From the human T2T-CHM13v2.0 reference genome, Homo sapiens, in the NCBI RefSeq assembly GCF_009914755.1, contig NC_060927.1: a stretch of DNA of 64,000 bases. The stretch is one strand, 5' to 3'. How positions within the stretch are numbered: position 1 is the stretch's first letter; every line of letters begins with the position of its first letter. A program made the translations under genes and the position numbers. The notes beneath the pieces were generated by a model, which was given only the letters and a program-made list of their open reading frames with translations, did not search any database and was not told where the DNA came from. This document shows, one piece after another, positions 1 through 13,872 of this stretch.

Positions 1-770
1 TTTTTTTTAGCTATAGCATTCCTATTTGATTTTTGATTTTTATAATTTTTATTTCAATCTCTCTATTAATTTTTTATTAGCCTTCACAGACTGGTTTTCT
101 CTGGGAAAGTCCAGCAGTCAGTGTGGCACCGGGTTGCACCAGAAGCCCAGTGCAGCTCCAGCCAGCATCAGAAACCTGAAGCTGCTATGGCAGGTGAAAT
201 GCTGAGATTAGCCAGAGTCCTAGGACTGCTGAAGACTGCTGATGACTTCCTGATGTTGAGGGCTTTCTGGAGCCCAGGGTCATTGATATTGGTCTAGTGA
301 TGGTGCAGGCTGGAGATCAAGTTCACTATATAAGCCTGAAACCTAGGGCTTTGTGGGCTAACCTGGTGCCAGGGAAGGTCCATAGTCTCAGTCCATGAAT
401 ACTGGCCTGGAATGCAGGATCATGAGGATCTGCCTGGCACTGGGTTTTACTGTGGCTGGCCCAGTGTTGAGGTCCTAGGCAAAGTCCTGTTCTCACTTTC
501 CTCTCTTTCTCCTAAATGGATAATAATTCTCTCCATGATGTCCTGCCTGGGTAGGGGTAGGGGTGATACGAATAATGTAAAACTGTTCTTTCTACCCTCT
601 TAAATCCATATCTTCTTCTTATTGTGCTACAACCAGGCACTGTGATAGCTCCTGTGTTTTTTTTTCTGCTCTTATGAATATATTTCCACACGTGAATAGT
701 TATTCAAATTGACTCTTCTGTAGGGTGATAATTGCTATAGAATTTAATTCACCATCCCTCACCTCTCCTC
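1..770 (-). mobile_element. Old L1M 5' region (ORF1/5'UTR remnant)
   Basis: Ends in ...gttattcaaattgactcttctg...aattcaccatc, which resembles the reverse complement of L1M/L1MA 5' termini; highly diverged. Confidence 0.55.
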
Positions 771-1704
771 TATCTGACATATCTTTAAGGGCATGCTAAT
801 GTGAAAAAGTCAAAGTTGAGATTATGATTTAATGTTTTATGATTTAGCATTATATATTGAATAAAATCATTACATTTTGTATAAAAATTATTAAAACATA
901 TGCTACATTGAGTTTTATTTATTATTGTAAGTTCAATCAGATGTATAGAATCTATAATCAAGCACCACCTTCTTTTTGGGAACAGAATTAGCAGATTTTG
1001 AAGAACATAAGAAAATTAAATGTCTCACAAAAAGGAAGACCCTTGAATACCTTAGCTGATGCAAATCTTTAAAAATCAATGAAACAAATGCTGATAAATT
1101 TTTGTGTTGTTTTCACTAAATTATTTATTTAATTAAACTTGTAATATAAAATGAATGGAATTCAGGTTTAGCCGATTCACATTTGAATGTAAATTTTTGC
1201 TACTTTCTGGATTATCTCTGTCAAGATATTTAAACACTGCAATATTTACGTAACTCTTTTTTTTCCCCATAATGTCAGGAATGGAGAAAAATCAAAAATG
1301 AAAACAAAAGAGAAAATAAAACAAAAGTGCCTCCTCTGAGTAGCTCAATTTTAGAAGATGATGTAGAAGCAACAACATTGTTTTGAACTACTTTACTGAT
1401 CTGTAACTATGCACAGTTCTGAGAAGAGCCATCATCTAATAAAATTATGCATGATGAAATTTGATACACAATGCACTCATAAAAATATTAAGAGATTGAG
1501 GCTCCAATTTAGTGATAAAAATGTAAACAATCTTATTATAATTTAGTATATTTTATTTGAGAAATAAGCATGTAGTGGGGCACATGTAACTACTTGGAAA
1601 AACTGTCCCACTGGTCAGAATTTACCATGAAATTTTATGTTGCCAATTATGTTAGTATGTATGAATTACATTGCGGACAGGGAAGAAAGACAAAGGAAAA
1701 CCAT

Positions 1705-2156
1705 TATGATGGTTAACATTGAATGTCAACTTGATTGGAATGAAGGATGCAAAGCATTTTTGCTGGGTGTGTCTGTAAGGGTGTTGCTAAAGGAGATTAA
1801 CATTTGAGTCAGTGGACTGGGAAAGGCAGACCCATTCTCAATCTGGGTGGGCACAATCTAATCAGCTGCCAGCATGGCCAGAATAAAAGCAGGCAGAAGA
1901 ACATGGAAACACTAGATTGCTTTAGTCTTCTGGCCTACATCTTTCTCCCATGCTGAATGCTTCCTGCCTTTGAATATCAGGCTCCAAGTTCTTCAGCTTT
2001 GGGACTGACACTGGCTTACTTGCTCCTCAGCTTGCAGACAGCCTGCTGTGGGACTCCACCTTGTGATCATGTGAGTCAATACTCCTTAATAAACACCCCC
2101 TTATATATACATCTATCCTATTAGTTCTGTTACTCTAGAAAACCTAGACTAATACA
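1705..2156 (+). mobile_element. MLT2A1-like solo LTR (HERV-L)
   Basis: Starts tatgatggttaacattgaatgtcaacttgattgg and ends ctagactaataca; AATAAA at 2088-2093; 5-bp TSD accat/accac. Confidence 0.9.
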
Positions 2157-2515
2157 ACCACTGTGTGTGCCTTAAAAAGAAGCCCAAAGGAGGACATGTT
2201 AAAATAGTACTTTGTTGCTTTTTTAAAAGTTGCAGGAATATGATGCTTTTTATTATTTTTATCCCTATTTTCCTCAAATCTTTAGTGAGCATCAATTAGT
2301 TTTTAATAAAACTCATTAATGAATACAAAGTGGAGATTATATATATAAATGTATTTATAATAAATTACACAAATTATTACAAAGAATTTATAATTTGATA
2401 TAGTATTTAATTACAGACATAAATATTTACCAGAGTTGCTCTTTTTCTTATTACCTCATAATTGATTGCACACATATATAATTTTAATCAGTGAAAAATA
2501 AAATAGAGTTTTCTG

Positions 2516-5500
2516 TATTTTTTTTATTTTTTCTAAAAAAAACAGATACATGTGCAGAATGCGCAGGTTTCTTACATAGGTGTGCCATGGTGGTTTGCTG
2601 CACCTATTGACCCATCCTCTAAGTTCCCTACCTTCATCTCCCACCCCCCAACAGGCCCTGTTTTGTGTCATTCCCCTCTCTGTGTCCATGTGTTCTCATC
2701 ACTTAACTCCCAATTATGAGTGAGAACATGTGGTGTTTGATTTTCTGTTCCCGTGTTAGTTTGCTGGGAATGATGACTTCCAGCTTCATCCATGTCCCTG
2801 CAAAGGACATGATCTCATTCCTTTTATGGCAGCTTAGTATTCCATGGTGTATATATACCACATTTTCTTTATCCATTCTGTTATTGATGGTCATTTGTGT
2901 TGACTCCATGTCTTTGCTATTGTAAATAGTGCTGAAATAAACATAAATGTGCATGTGTCTTCATAGTAAAATGATTTATATTCCTTTGCGTATATAACCA
3001 GTAATGGGATTGCTGGGTCAAATTGTATCTCTGGTTCTAGACCCTTGAGGAATTCCATACTGTCTTCCACAATGGTTGAACTAATTTACATTCCCACAAA
3101 CAGTGTAAATGTATTCCTATTTCTCTACAGTCTCACTAACATCTATTGTTTCCTGACATTTTTTAATAATAGCCATTCTGACTGGCGATGGTATCTCATT
3201 GTGGTTTTGATTTGCATTTCTCTGATGATCAGTGATGTTGAGCTTTTTTCATGTTTGTTAGCTACGTAAATGTCTTCTTTTGAGAACTGTATCTTCATAT
3301 CCTTTGCCCAGTTTTTGATGGGGCTGTTTGTTTGCTTTGTAAATTTGTTTAAGTTTCTTGTTAATTCTGGATATTAGATCTTCGTCAGATGGGTAGATTG
3401 CAAAAATTTTCTCCCATTTTGTAGGTTAATGATAGTTTCTTTTGCTGTGCAGAAGCTCTTTAGTTTAATTAGATCTCATTTGTCAATTCTGGCTCTTGTT
3501 GCAATTGCTTTTAGTGTTTTTGTCATGAAGTCTTTGCCTATGCCTATGTCCTCAATGGTATTGCCCAGGTTTTCTTCCAGAGTTTTTATAATTGGGGGTT
3601 TTACATTTAAGTCTTTAATCCATCTTGAGTTAATTTTTGTATAAGGTGTAAGGAAGGGGTCCAGTTTCAGCTTTTTGCTTATGGCTAGCCAGTTTTCCCA
3701 GCACCATTTACTGAATAGGAGATCCTTTCCCCATTGCTTGTTTTGGTCGGTTTGTTGAAGATTAGATGGTCGTAGATGTGTGGTGTTATTTCTGAAGTCT
3801 CTGTTGTGCTCCATTCATCTATATGTCTGTTTTGGTACTAGTACCATGCTGTTTTGGTTACTGTAGCCTTGTATTATAGTTTGAAGTCAGGTAGCCTGAT
3901 GTCTCTAGCTCCATTCTTTTTGCTTAGGATTGTCTTTGTTATATGGGGTCTTCTTAAATTCCATATGAAATTTAAAATAATTTTTTTCTAATTCTGTGAA
4001 GAATGTCAATGGTAGTTTGATGGAAATAACATTGAATCTATAAATTACTTTGGGCAGTATGCCCATTTGCACAATATTGTTTTTCCCTATCCATGAGGAT
4101 GGAATGTTTTTCCATTTGTTTGTGTCCTCTCATTTTGTTGAGCAGTGGTTTGTAGTTCTCCTTGAAGAGGTCCTTCACATTCCTTGTTATCTGTATTCCT
4201 AGGTATTTTATTATCTTTGTAGTGATTGTTAATGGGAGTTCACTCATGATTTGGCTCTCTGCTTGTCTGTTGTTGGTGTAAAGAAATGCTTGTGATTTTT
4301 GCACATTGATTCTGTAGCCTGAGACTTTGCAGAAAGTTGCTTACCAGTTTAAGGAGTTTTGGGCCTGAGATGGGTCTTGATTCTTTATCTAATTTGCCAG
4401 TCTGTGTCTTTCAATTGGGGCATTAAACCCATTTGCATTTAAGGTTAGTATTGCTATATGTGAATTTGATCCTGCCATCATGCTACTATTTGGTTATTTT
4501 GCACACTAGTTGATGCAGTTTCTTCATAGTGTCATTGGTCTTTCTATTTTGGTGTGTTTTTGCAGTTATTGGGACTGGTTTTTCCTTTCCATATTTAGTG
4601 CTTCTTTCAGGAGCTCTTGAAAGGCAAGTCTGGTGGTAACAAAATCCCTCGGCATTTGCTTGTTTGAAAAAGATTTTATTTCTTCTTCGCTTATGAAGCT
4701 TAGTTTGGCTGGATATGAGTTTCTGGGTTGAAAATTCTTTTCTTTAAAAATGTTAAATATGGGTTCTCAATCTCTTCTGGCTTGTAGAGTTTCTTCTGAG
4801 AGGTCCACTGTTAGTCCAATGGGCTTCCCTTTGTAGGTGACCTGGCCTTTCTCTCTGGCTGCCCTTAACAGTTTTTCCTTCATTTCGACCTTGGAGAATC
4901 TGATGATTATGTGTCTTGGGGTTGATCTTCTTGTGGAGTATCTTAATGGTGTTCTCTGTATTTCCTGAATTTGTGTGTTGGCCTGTCTTGCTGATTGGGG
5001 AAGTTCTCCTGGATAATATCCTGAAGCATGTTTTCCAGCTTGCTTCCACTCTCCCCGTATCCCTCTGGTACTCCAATCTATTGTAGGTTGTGTCTTTTTA
5101 TGAAGTCCCATATTTCTTGGAAGTTTGTCCATTTCTTTTTATTCTCTTTTCTCTATTCTAGTCTGAATGGATTATTTCAACAAAGTGGTCTTCAAATTCT
5201 GATATCCTTGCTTCCGATTGGTTGACTTGGTTGTTAATACTTGTGTATGCTTCACAAACTTCTCATCCTGTGTTTTTCAGTTCCATCAGGTCATTTATGT
5301 TCCTCTCTAAACTGGTTATTCTAGTTAGCAATTCCTATAACCTTTTATCAAGATTCTTAGCTTCTTTGCATTGGGTTAGAACATGCTCCTTTAGCTCAGC
5401 ATAGTTTTTTATTACCCATCTTCTGAAGCCTACTTCTGTGAATTTGTCCATCTGATCATCCGTCCAGTCCTCTGCCCTTGATGGACAGATATTGTGATCA

Positions 5501-6895
5501 TTTGGAAGAGAAGAGGCACTCTGGCCTTTTGGGTTTTCAGGATTTTTTCATTTTCTTATCTTCCTGAGTTTGTCTAGCTTCGGTCTTTGAGTCTGCTGAC
5601 CCTTGGATGAGGTTTTTGTGGGGACTTTGTTGTTGTTGTTGATGCTGTTGTTGTTGCTTTCTGCTTGTTTGTTTTTCTTTCAATGGTCAGGTCCCTCTTC
5701 AGTAGGGCTGCTGCAGTTTGCTGGGAGTTCCCTTCAGGCCCTATTCATCTGATTCGCTCCTGTGCCTAGAGATGTCATTCATGGGAGTCCAGAGAATAGC
5801 AAAGATGGGTGCCTGCTTCTTCTTCTGGGACCTCTGACCTCAAGGTGCACCAAGCTGATGCCAGTAGGATCACTCCTGTATAGGGTGTCTGACAACCCCT
5901 GTTGGAGGGTCTCACCCAAGTTGGGTAGCATGGGGAACAAGACCCATTTAACAAGACTTTGTTACTTGGTGGAGGGGCTGTGCCTCACTGTGGGGAAACC
6001 CACTTTTCAGGGCTGCCTGGATTTCTCAGAACTACCGGAGGAAAAGGCTATGTCTGCTGGTCAAGAGAGACTACGGCCACCCCTTTCCCTAGGAGCTCAG
6101 GCCCAGAGACATCGAGGTTCTGTCCCTGAGCCTCTGGCTGGAGTTATTGGAGTTCTTGCAGGGAAGCACCTACCAATGAGGAAGGATGGGTCAGGGTCAG
6201 GCCTGAAGAAGCACTCTGGCCACAGACTGCCACAGATGGTGTGTTGGGCTGTGGGGAACAAGTCTTGGGCCCAAGCCATCCAGCCTCCCTGGCTCCAGCA
6301 GGGGAAAAGCTCAGCCTGGAGCAATAGAGATAGATGCCGCCCTTTCCCCACCCAGGGAGCTTAGCATATTAGGCAGTTCCGAGTTCCAGTGCTGGCTGCT
6401 GCCCTCCCCCAGGGAGCTCAAATAAATGGCTTTGACAGCAGGCAGCTGCAGCTGCGGTGCTGGTTGCCGCTCGCCGGCAGTTCAGTAGCCTTAAGCAGAT
6501 TCCAGCTGAGAGGCTGTTGCAAATCTGCATGTTCCGGGGTTCTAGGGTTGGGACACTAGGTCCTGGTGGTGTGGGTTCACAGTGGGATCTTCCAATCTAT
6601 GGGTTGCATAGTTCCGTGGAAAAAGCACGCTTTCCCTGGCTGGGTAGCATGCTCACTCACTGCCTCCTTTGGCTGGGGGAAGGGGGCTTCTCTGCCCCGT
6701 GTGACTCTCAGGTGGGCCGCCGCACCACACTGTTCTTCCTTCTCTCTGTGGGTCACGCTAGCCTCCTAGTCAGCTTTGATGAGAGAACCTGGATACCTTG
6801 GTTGCCAGTGAAGGATTCACAGTTTTATTATGGTTTTTCTGGATGGGAGCCTCGGAAGGCCGCTGTTTCTAATCGGCCATCTTGGCCCCACCCGC
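2516..6895 (-). mobile_element. L1PA (L1PA8A-like) with both ends retained and an internal deletion of about 2 kb in ORF2
   Basis: Poly-T tail plus L1PA 3'UTR; ORF2 peptide [19 protein letters not shown]...[21 protein letters not shown]; ORF1 peptide QIQEIQRTPLRYSTRRSTPRHIIIRFSKVEMKEKLLRAAREKGQ; GC-rich 5'UTR ending ggccatcttggccc; degenerate TSD ttttctgtattt/ttttcgtatttt. Confidence 0.95.
4560..5640 (-). pseudogene. Disrupted L1 ORF1p
   Basis: ORF 4767-5132 matches the ORF1p RRM/CTD region; stops and frameshifts on both sides; boundaries approximate. Confidence 0.85.
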
Positions 6896-7843
6896 TGACA
6901 TTTTCGTATTTTCAAGCACAAAATATCTCAACCCTCTGCTTCTAATCTTATCCACATTGCCAACTTGTGCATTTAATCTTGATCCACATACATTCAGTTT
7001 TTTTTTAGAAAGTTGTTTCTCACTCAGTTGAATGGATTCTTCATATAATTTATTTGTCAACCATAATTTCAAAGTGAATGATTAGGCAAATCCATCATGT
7101 ATACTAAAATGAATTAGATAGATATTTATGAAGGCATCGTAGTTTACACTTGGTAATATAAGCTAAATGACTGAATGGTTTCATTTTACTCTGGTTCACT
7201 AAGCAAGGATTTATCATTTTTTCCTTGTTTCTCCTTGTCATTGACAGACAAAGAACCAAGAGATTAAGTTTATTTTCAAAACATTTTTTAAAAGTAACTG
7301 CAAGGAAATAAAATAATAAATAAACTTTAAAGTATTGGCTTCACTCTAGTTTGTTATACAGACTAATTTTTAATTGTAGAAGAGACCTGGAAATTGGAAA
7401 GCTTAAAAATCTAGCTAGCCAGCTCAAATATGCTCCTTCTACTGAGACACTATTAGTTTCTTATTAAGTAATATAGTAGTATTAAATAATATAAAGTATG
7501 ACACATTATTGCAAAACTCATTTATATCCCACTTTTAAGTTGTCACATTACACCATTGTATTATATAGCCCACTACACAGAAGTATGCATATTTTATCCC
7601 ACCTCAATTCCTTGAGTTAACAATACTTTTCAATTTGAGTACATAAAATTAACAGTGCTATGCATAGAATAAGAATTGTGAGGAATTCACAAACTATAGA
7701 ATTCCAAAAGAATAGAATTGATAAGAAAATGATAACATTTTAATAGTAAACCAAAGCTGAAAGTATGCAAAGGAGAGAATTGTTTTTTTAGGCAGAAGCA
7801 AACCTTTTTCTCAGCCAAAAGTGAATGAATAACAAAAGGAAGA

Positions 7844-8150
7844 GGCTGGGCGCGGTGGCTCATGCCTGTAATCCCAGCACTTTGGGAGGCTGAGGCGGTT
7901 GGATCACCTAAGGTCCAGAGTTTGAGACCAGCCTGGCCAACATGGTGAAACCTGGTCTCTACTTAAAAATACCAAAATTAGCCGGGCGTGGTGGCAGGTG
8001 CCTGTAATCCCAGCTAACTTGGAAGGCTGAGGCAGGAGAACAGCTTGACCCGGGAGATGGAGGTTGCAGTGAGCCAAGATTGCACCATTGCACTCCAGCC
8101 TCGGTGACAAGAGCAAAATGCCGTCTCAAAAAAAAAAAAAAAAAAAAAAA
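7844..8150 (+). mobile_element. AluS (Sx/Sq-like)
   Basis: Full dimer from ggctgggcgcggtggctca to gtctc, followed by an A tail. Confidence 0.95.
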
Positions 8151-8513
8151 GGACCCTAGGGCAGCCATCACTGGGACTGTACATTCCAGAATCTGAGCCA
8201 TGGAGCCTATACCATGTCATCGTTAGACAGAAGGTAACAATGACATTTACCTCCAAGATAAAGTAGTGAATGTGGCCAAGAGACCTGGAAAGATAGGTTC
8301 TTCCTCCAAGTAGCTAGACACTGTGGAGTACTGCAAGTAAGGCTACCAAAAAGTTGAGCTACCAGGAACCCTCACCAATTATGCCACACTCTCCTTCCAC
8401 GATTCCTGGTAACAAACTCCAAGCTCCTGTCACCAAACCAGCATCTTCTGATAGTCCAAAGGGAACTCAACAAAGATAAGTCAACAAACATTCAGTAAAA
8501 TTACTATAATCTT

Positions 8514-8736
8514 AAGTGTGCCAGTAAATATTTAACAACTAGGCCTTAATAAAACAAACAAGCAAACAAACAACAAAAAACCTTAATTTGTGGCATTTGC
8601 TGATTTCTGTGGTGTAAATATTTTCATCATAACCTACTTCATGCCAACCAAGTGAAGCTTCTGAATGAAGATTCAGGGAGAGATGCACAGGATTGGCTCC
8701 CTGAGCCATAATAAGCTTGTTCCAGCATACCATTGA
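8514..8736 (-). mobile_element. MER63-like hAT-Blackjack MITE
   Basis: gtgtgccagtaaatatttaacaac...atttctgtggtgtaaata...ttccagcataccattg matches the recalled MER63 termini. Confidence 0.65.
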
Positions 8737-8754
8737 CTGTTATGCAGCTGTTAT

Positions 8755-9370
8755 TAATTTTCATTCACTTAGCAATTGTTGATTGAGCTCTTCCTATACC
8801 AGGTGTAGTTGGAGGTAATAAAGATATGTGGTGAACATAGTAGAAATGGTCTCTGTTTTATGAGGTTTAGGTTCTAGTTGGGGTAGCCAGAAAAAGAATG
8901 TTTAAAAGCTGGATAAAATAATTTCAGCTTCTTGTTAAGTGTTTTGAATATAAAAAAATAGTGTGACTGAAGTATAGTGGGATGGATTTGGAGCAATCAG
9001 GGAAGACCTCATATTCGAGCAGATGCCTGCATGATATGAAGGGGAGAGGGAAAGTCTGAGTTGAGCGTTTTAGGCAGAGAGAATAAAGCCCCTACAGCAG
9101 GAGCCAGTCTGGTGTGTCAGGCACAGAAAGAACACATGGTGGGTGGAAGCACAGAGTGAACAAGTGGGAGGAGATGTGACCGGAAACATGACAGAAGTCA
9201 GGTTACATAAAGCCTTGTGGAGAATGGTGAGGAAGTTGAATTGTATTCTAAGGACAAAGTGAAAACTTTTGAGACTCTTAAGCTGGACATTGACCTGAAA
9301 TTGATAATTTGAGAGTTAATGAAAAAAAAAAAAAGAATAAAGCAGGTAGATCACTTAAGATTCTACTCAA
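8755..9370 (-). mobile_element. L2 fragment
   Basis: ttcattcacttagcaattgttgattgagc is the reverse complement of the L2 3' end, followed by a typical L2 body. Confidence 0.7.
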
Positions 9371-9439
9371 GTATAGACTGGTAGAAAATATTTGTTCCTT
9401 TTATTTCAGAAAAAAAGACTCCTGTCAGGAAACCAAAAA

Positions 9440-10030
9440 ATCTCACACAACTCAGTTTAAAAATAGAAAAATATTTGAAGAGACATATCACAAAAGCAGA
9501 TCTGTGAATGACAAATGAGCTCATGAAAAGGTGCTCAACATGATAGTCTATACACTACACACATTATGATGGCTAAAGCTGCTTATCAAATGTTGAAAAG
9601 GAGGATGTGAAGGAAAATTAAGCTGTCATATACTGCATTCTACTCCTATGCACTTAGCAAAGAGAAAAGAAGACATATCTCCACACAAACACTTCTACAC
9701 AAATATTCATGGCAGCTCTAATTGTAACAGTCAAAATAATAGAAACATGTCTATCAACAAGTGAGTAGGTAAACAAATTTTAGTATATTCATATAATAAA
9801 ATGTTTATAATGAAGAAATTGATGAATCTCAAAACTAATAGTGACATAAAGTAGAGCCATGCTTGCCTAGGGATGGAGAGGAGGGAGGGATGGTTATAAA
9901 GAGATATGGGAAAACTTTGGAAGGTGATGAAAATGTTCATCATTCTTATTGTGGTTATGGTTTCATAATTGTGTACATGTGTCCAAATTGATCAAATTAT
10001 GCACTTTAAATTCATTGCACTTCAAATATG
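9440..10030 (+). mobile_element. L1ME-type 3' fragment
   Basis: atgaaaaggtgctcaacat and aaactttggaaggtgatgaaaatgttc 3'UTR motifs. Confidence 0.7.
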
Positions 10031-10648
10031 GTTCAATACAAAAAAAAGGGGAGAAAAGGCATTGTTTGCCAGTGTAAGCAATAAATTATAATGACTTGGT
10101 ATGCAATAGTACCAGTTTCAGATGAAGGTATGTGTTAGATTTAAATCGAAGGCAACTTTTGGTGTCTTAAAGGAGGAGAGTTGGGACAGTTAGAAATGCA
10201 TGCTGATTTCAAGGGATATCTACCAGGATATCTGTTTTCTTTGGAATTGTTTATCTCTTCTTTATCCTTTGTATCTATTGGGAGAGAGAGGACTTTACCA
10301 TTCATTAATTACAAAATACTTGTTGTTCATCTTCACTGCATTTGTCTCTGTTAAATTAAGAGCTAGCTTCTGAAAAAAAATTAAAAATAACTTATTCAAT
10401 CAGATTCATCTTCTGACTTTTATTGCAATTTATTGTCTTTGCATTATAGATAGTTACATAGGATTCTGAAATTTCTGAAACAATTAAGTATTTGGCTATA
10501 AGGAATATTAGAAAGAGTCAAGTAAGAGAAGAAAAGTTAATCATATCAAAAATATATAGATTGATGCAGAAACATCAAAAATGGTAACTCTTTTGTAAAC
10601 TCCCTCAACATTAATCTACTAGATTATATCATACTTTAAAAATAACTA

Positions 10649-10960
10649 GGCCAGGTGCGGTGGCTCACGCTTGTAATCTCAGCACTTTGAGAGGTCAAGG
10701 TAGGTGGATCACAAGGTCGAGAGATCAAAACCATCCTGGCTAACATAGTGAAACCCCGTCTTTACTAAAAATACAAAAAATTAGGCAGGCATGGTTGCAC
10801 GCACCTGTACTCTCAGCTACTCAGGAGGCTGAGGCAGGAGAATCACTTGAACCCGGGAGTCAGAGGTTGCAGTGAGCCAAGATCATGCCACTGCACTCCA
10901 GCCTGGACAACAGAGAGAGACTCCGTCTCAAAATAAATAAATAAATAAGTAAATAAAATA
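10649..10960 (+). mobile_element. AluSc/Y-like
   Basis: Full dimer with (taaa)n tail. Confidence 0.95.
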
Positions 10961-11827
10961 AGTGAAACATTTAATATTTATAATATTTGTTAGCATTAAA
11001 ACTGTTTCACAAATAAGATGGTTGGATCTTGAAGAGTTTAACATCCACAAGTAGTCATAAAATAAGCATTTTATTAGATTAAAGTTGAATCATTCAATTC
11101 TTTCTATATCAAATCATCTTTTTTCTGATATATTTATTGTAATGTCATAAAATCATTTAAAAATATTTTTATAATACTTTATTTCAGGATATTTTCATTT
11201 TCTGTACTCCAGCATTAACTTTAATTTTCTTGCATTAAAAATCTATCAGAGATTAAACTATCAGAATTAAGCTAGATTATATTGTCTTTATCTTAATGAC
11301 CAGAAAATGACAGAAATAGTGTCTCCTTCCTCTAAACCCATCTTACTAGGAGAGCAGTACCTTGTCATTGTTTTTAACCTCAAAGCTATATCAATTCTCT
11401 GGTTCTGAGTCCACCTTTCACCTCTTCATTCCACAGGAGAGAGGAATAGTGTTTGCTAATCTTCTGTATTTTGAAGGCAAAATATTCTACATGTGGATGC
11501 AATGGTTTTGCACATTTATAGAAGCTTTGATTGACTTCCAGCATTAAGTAGAAGTCAGAGCAAAACCAGATGCAAGAGATTGTGCTCTTTGATGTTTATA
11601 AACCAATGTATCTAATTTTACTACAAATATCTATAAAGGACGAAGGTATTGTATGAGGCCTGCAGAACTTACAGAGATGAGAATAAGAGTGGAGGCCCTC
11701 AGGATTTTGGAACAAATCCAAGGCCTTTTCACCAAAAACAAGTTACCTTTTGAGGAACAAAATGTGTCTCATTGCTGTGCTGTGGTAGAGATCAAACATT
11801 TGACCTTGGAATAACAGATAATCAGCA

Positions 11828-12136
<309 letters not shown>

Positions 12137-13469
12137 TCAGCAAGTTCAGCCCTTTATCATGAAACTTATGCCACCATATCTACCAATTCACAAAGTTAAT
12201 CATGTTCAGCATTTCATCATCAAATAGAAATTTCCAGCAAGGCCCAAAGGCACAAGTAATTTGTCTCAAATCCCCAGCATGCATATTTTTTTTCTACATT
12301 CCTTTCTCAACTAACTCCAATGGCCTCACAGGATATTAACTGAAAAATTTTGTCTGATTTAGAGTTAGCTTTGTGTCATATTCTGGAGACACTGTAAACC
12401 AATGTATATAGCCAGGAGAACACTATTTGCCCTTCAGTGGTACTCCTGAATGATACTTGAGAAGGAAAATATTCACAGTAGCTATAAACTCCCAAAGAAC
12501 ATGCAATTGTTTATACTGACTCATGGGCAATAACTCATAGTTTGGCAATATGTTTATTGTTTTGAAAGGAACTGGTTTGCTAGAGTGCTGACAGAATTGT
12601 ATAGAAATTTATGTAGATGCATCTCTCATAAAGGACCCAGCAAATGATAATGCTTTCTCCCATGTGAATGTTCAACAATATTTTTCCTAATATAGGGGCA
12701 GCTCTCAACAGTCAAGTAACCGAAATGGTCCAGTGTGAATGTAAGTCTTCTTCCTCAGCAGAGCAGCTTAGCCAATGGGTTCATAGACACAATGGCCATG
12801 ATAGCAGAAATGAGTTTATACATGGGCTCAAAAATTAGGATATGCTCTAACTGAGGCTTCTCTGGCTATTACTGTTGACCACTGACCAACTTGCCAGCCT
12901 TAATGACATACTCTGTTAACTTGATATGAGAACATATTTCAGGGTATCAGCCAACCATTTGGCATGACTAATTACATTTGACTTCTAGATATCTGTTTTT
13001 CTGATTTCATACTGATTTGGACTTGGATTTACATTCTCTGCCTGCTTTGCTTTTGCCAACAAGAGCATCTAAGGACTTACTGAGTATCTTATTCACCATC
13101 ACAGAATACCTTATATTTCCCCCCAAAAATTATTTTACTGTAAATTATGGTATAACTCAATGGTCCTTATTCATGGAATTCACTTATTAACATGAGCTTC
13201 TGTTATCCAAAAGTGCTAGGTGCATAAAATTGTGGGCTTATCTATTAAAGTATAACTTACATGACCAGCTTAGAGGCATTATCTGTATTGTGAAATTGAC
13301 TTGGAACTAATGAACAATGTAATACTTTTCCTTTACAGTCAGAATATGTGAATCCAGGAGCAAAGGCTTGGAAATCCAAATGTCACTTTTCTGACACATT
13401 TGAAACTATATTTTATCTTTATGTTTTTGAATTCGCCTGGGTTAGAAGTCTTAACACCATAAAAAGTAA

Positions 13470-13770
13470 TGTTATGGTAGTTTATACTGTGGTAAAAAAT
13501 AAATTCTTAAATCTCTTTGGCATAACACAATGATTTATTTCACACACACACACACCCCCACACATCACAGTCTGATGCAGATCAGGCTGTATTTCCCATC
13601 TGGTAACTACAACAACTAGAATACATGGTCTCTAACTCCACTGAAGAAGTAGTGATATCTGCAGCTTCAAATAAGATTCTTTTAAGGACCACATCTGGAA
13701 ACAGCTAATGTTATTTCTTACTAACTTATATTAACCAAACCTCTGTCACACGGCCCTAGCCAACTGCCAG

Positions 13771-13808
<38 letters not shown>

Positions 13809-13872
13809 AAAGTCTTCCTGTGGTCCTTGAAAGAGGAAGCAATATAGTAAATTCATAATAGGGTCTCTGCCC
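13470..13872 (-). mobile_element. MLT1 (J/K-like) LTR nested in ERVL-int
   Basis: ggcataacacaatgatttatttcacac and gtcacacggccctagccaactgc MaLR motifs. Confidence 0.55.

Noticed and set aside
2456-5404. Many ORFs with recognisable protein similarity
   Set aside because: They are fragments of L1 ORF1/ORF2 or their antisense frames, broken by stops and a deletion; not host genes
7904-8256. Alu-derived ORFs (also at 11772-12227, 20092, 25888, 36459, 38901, 53926 and 63283)
   Set aside because: Standard Alu translation artefacts such as [13 protein letters not shown] and [11 protein letters not shown]
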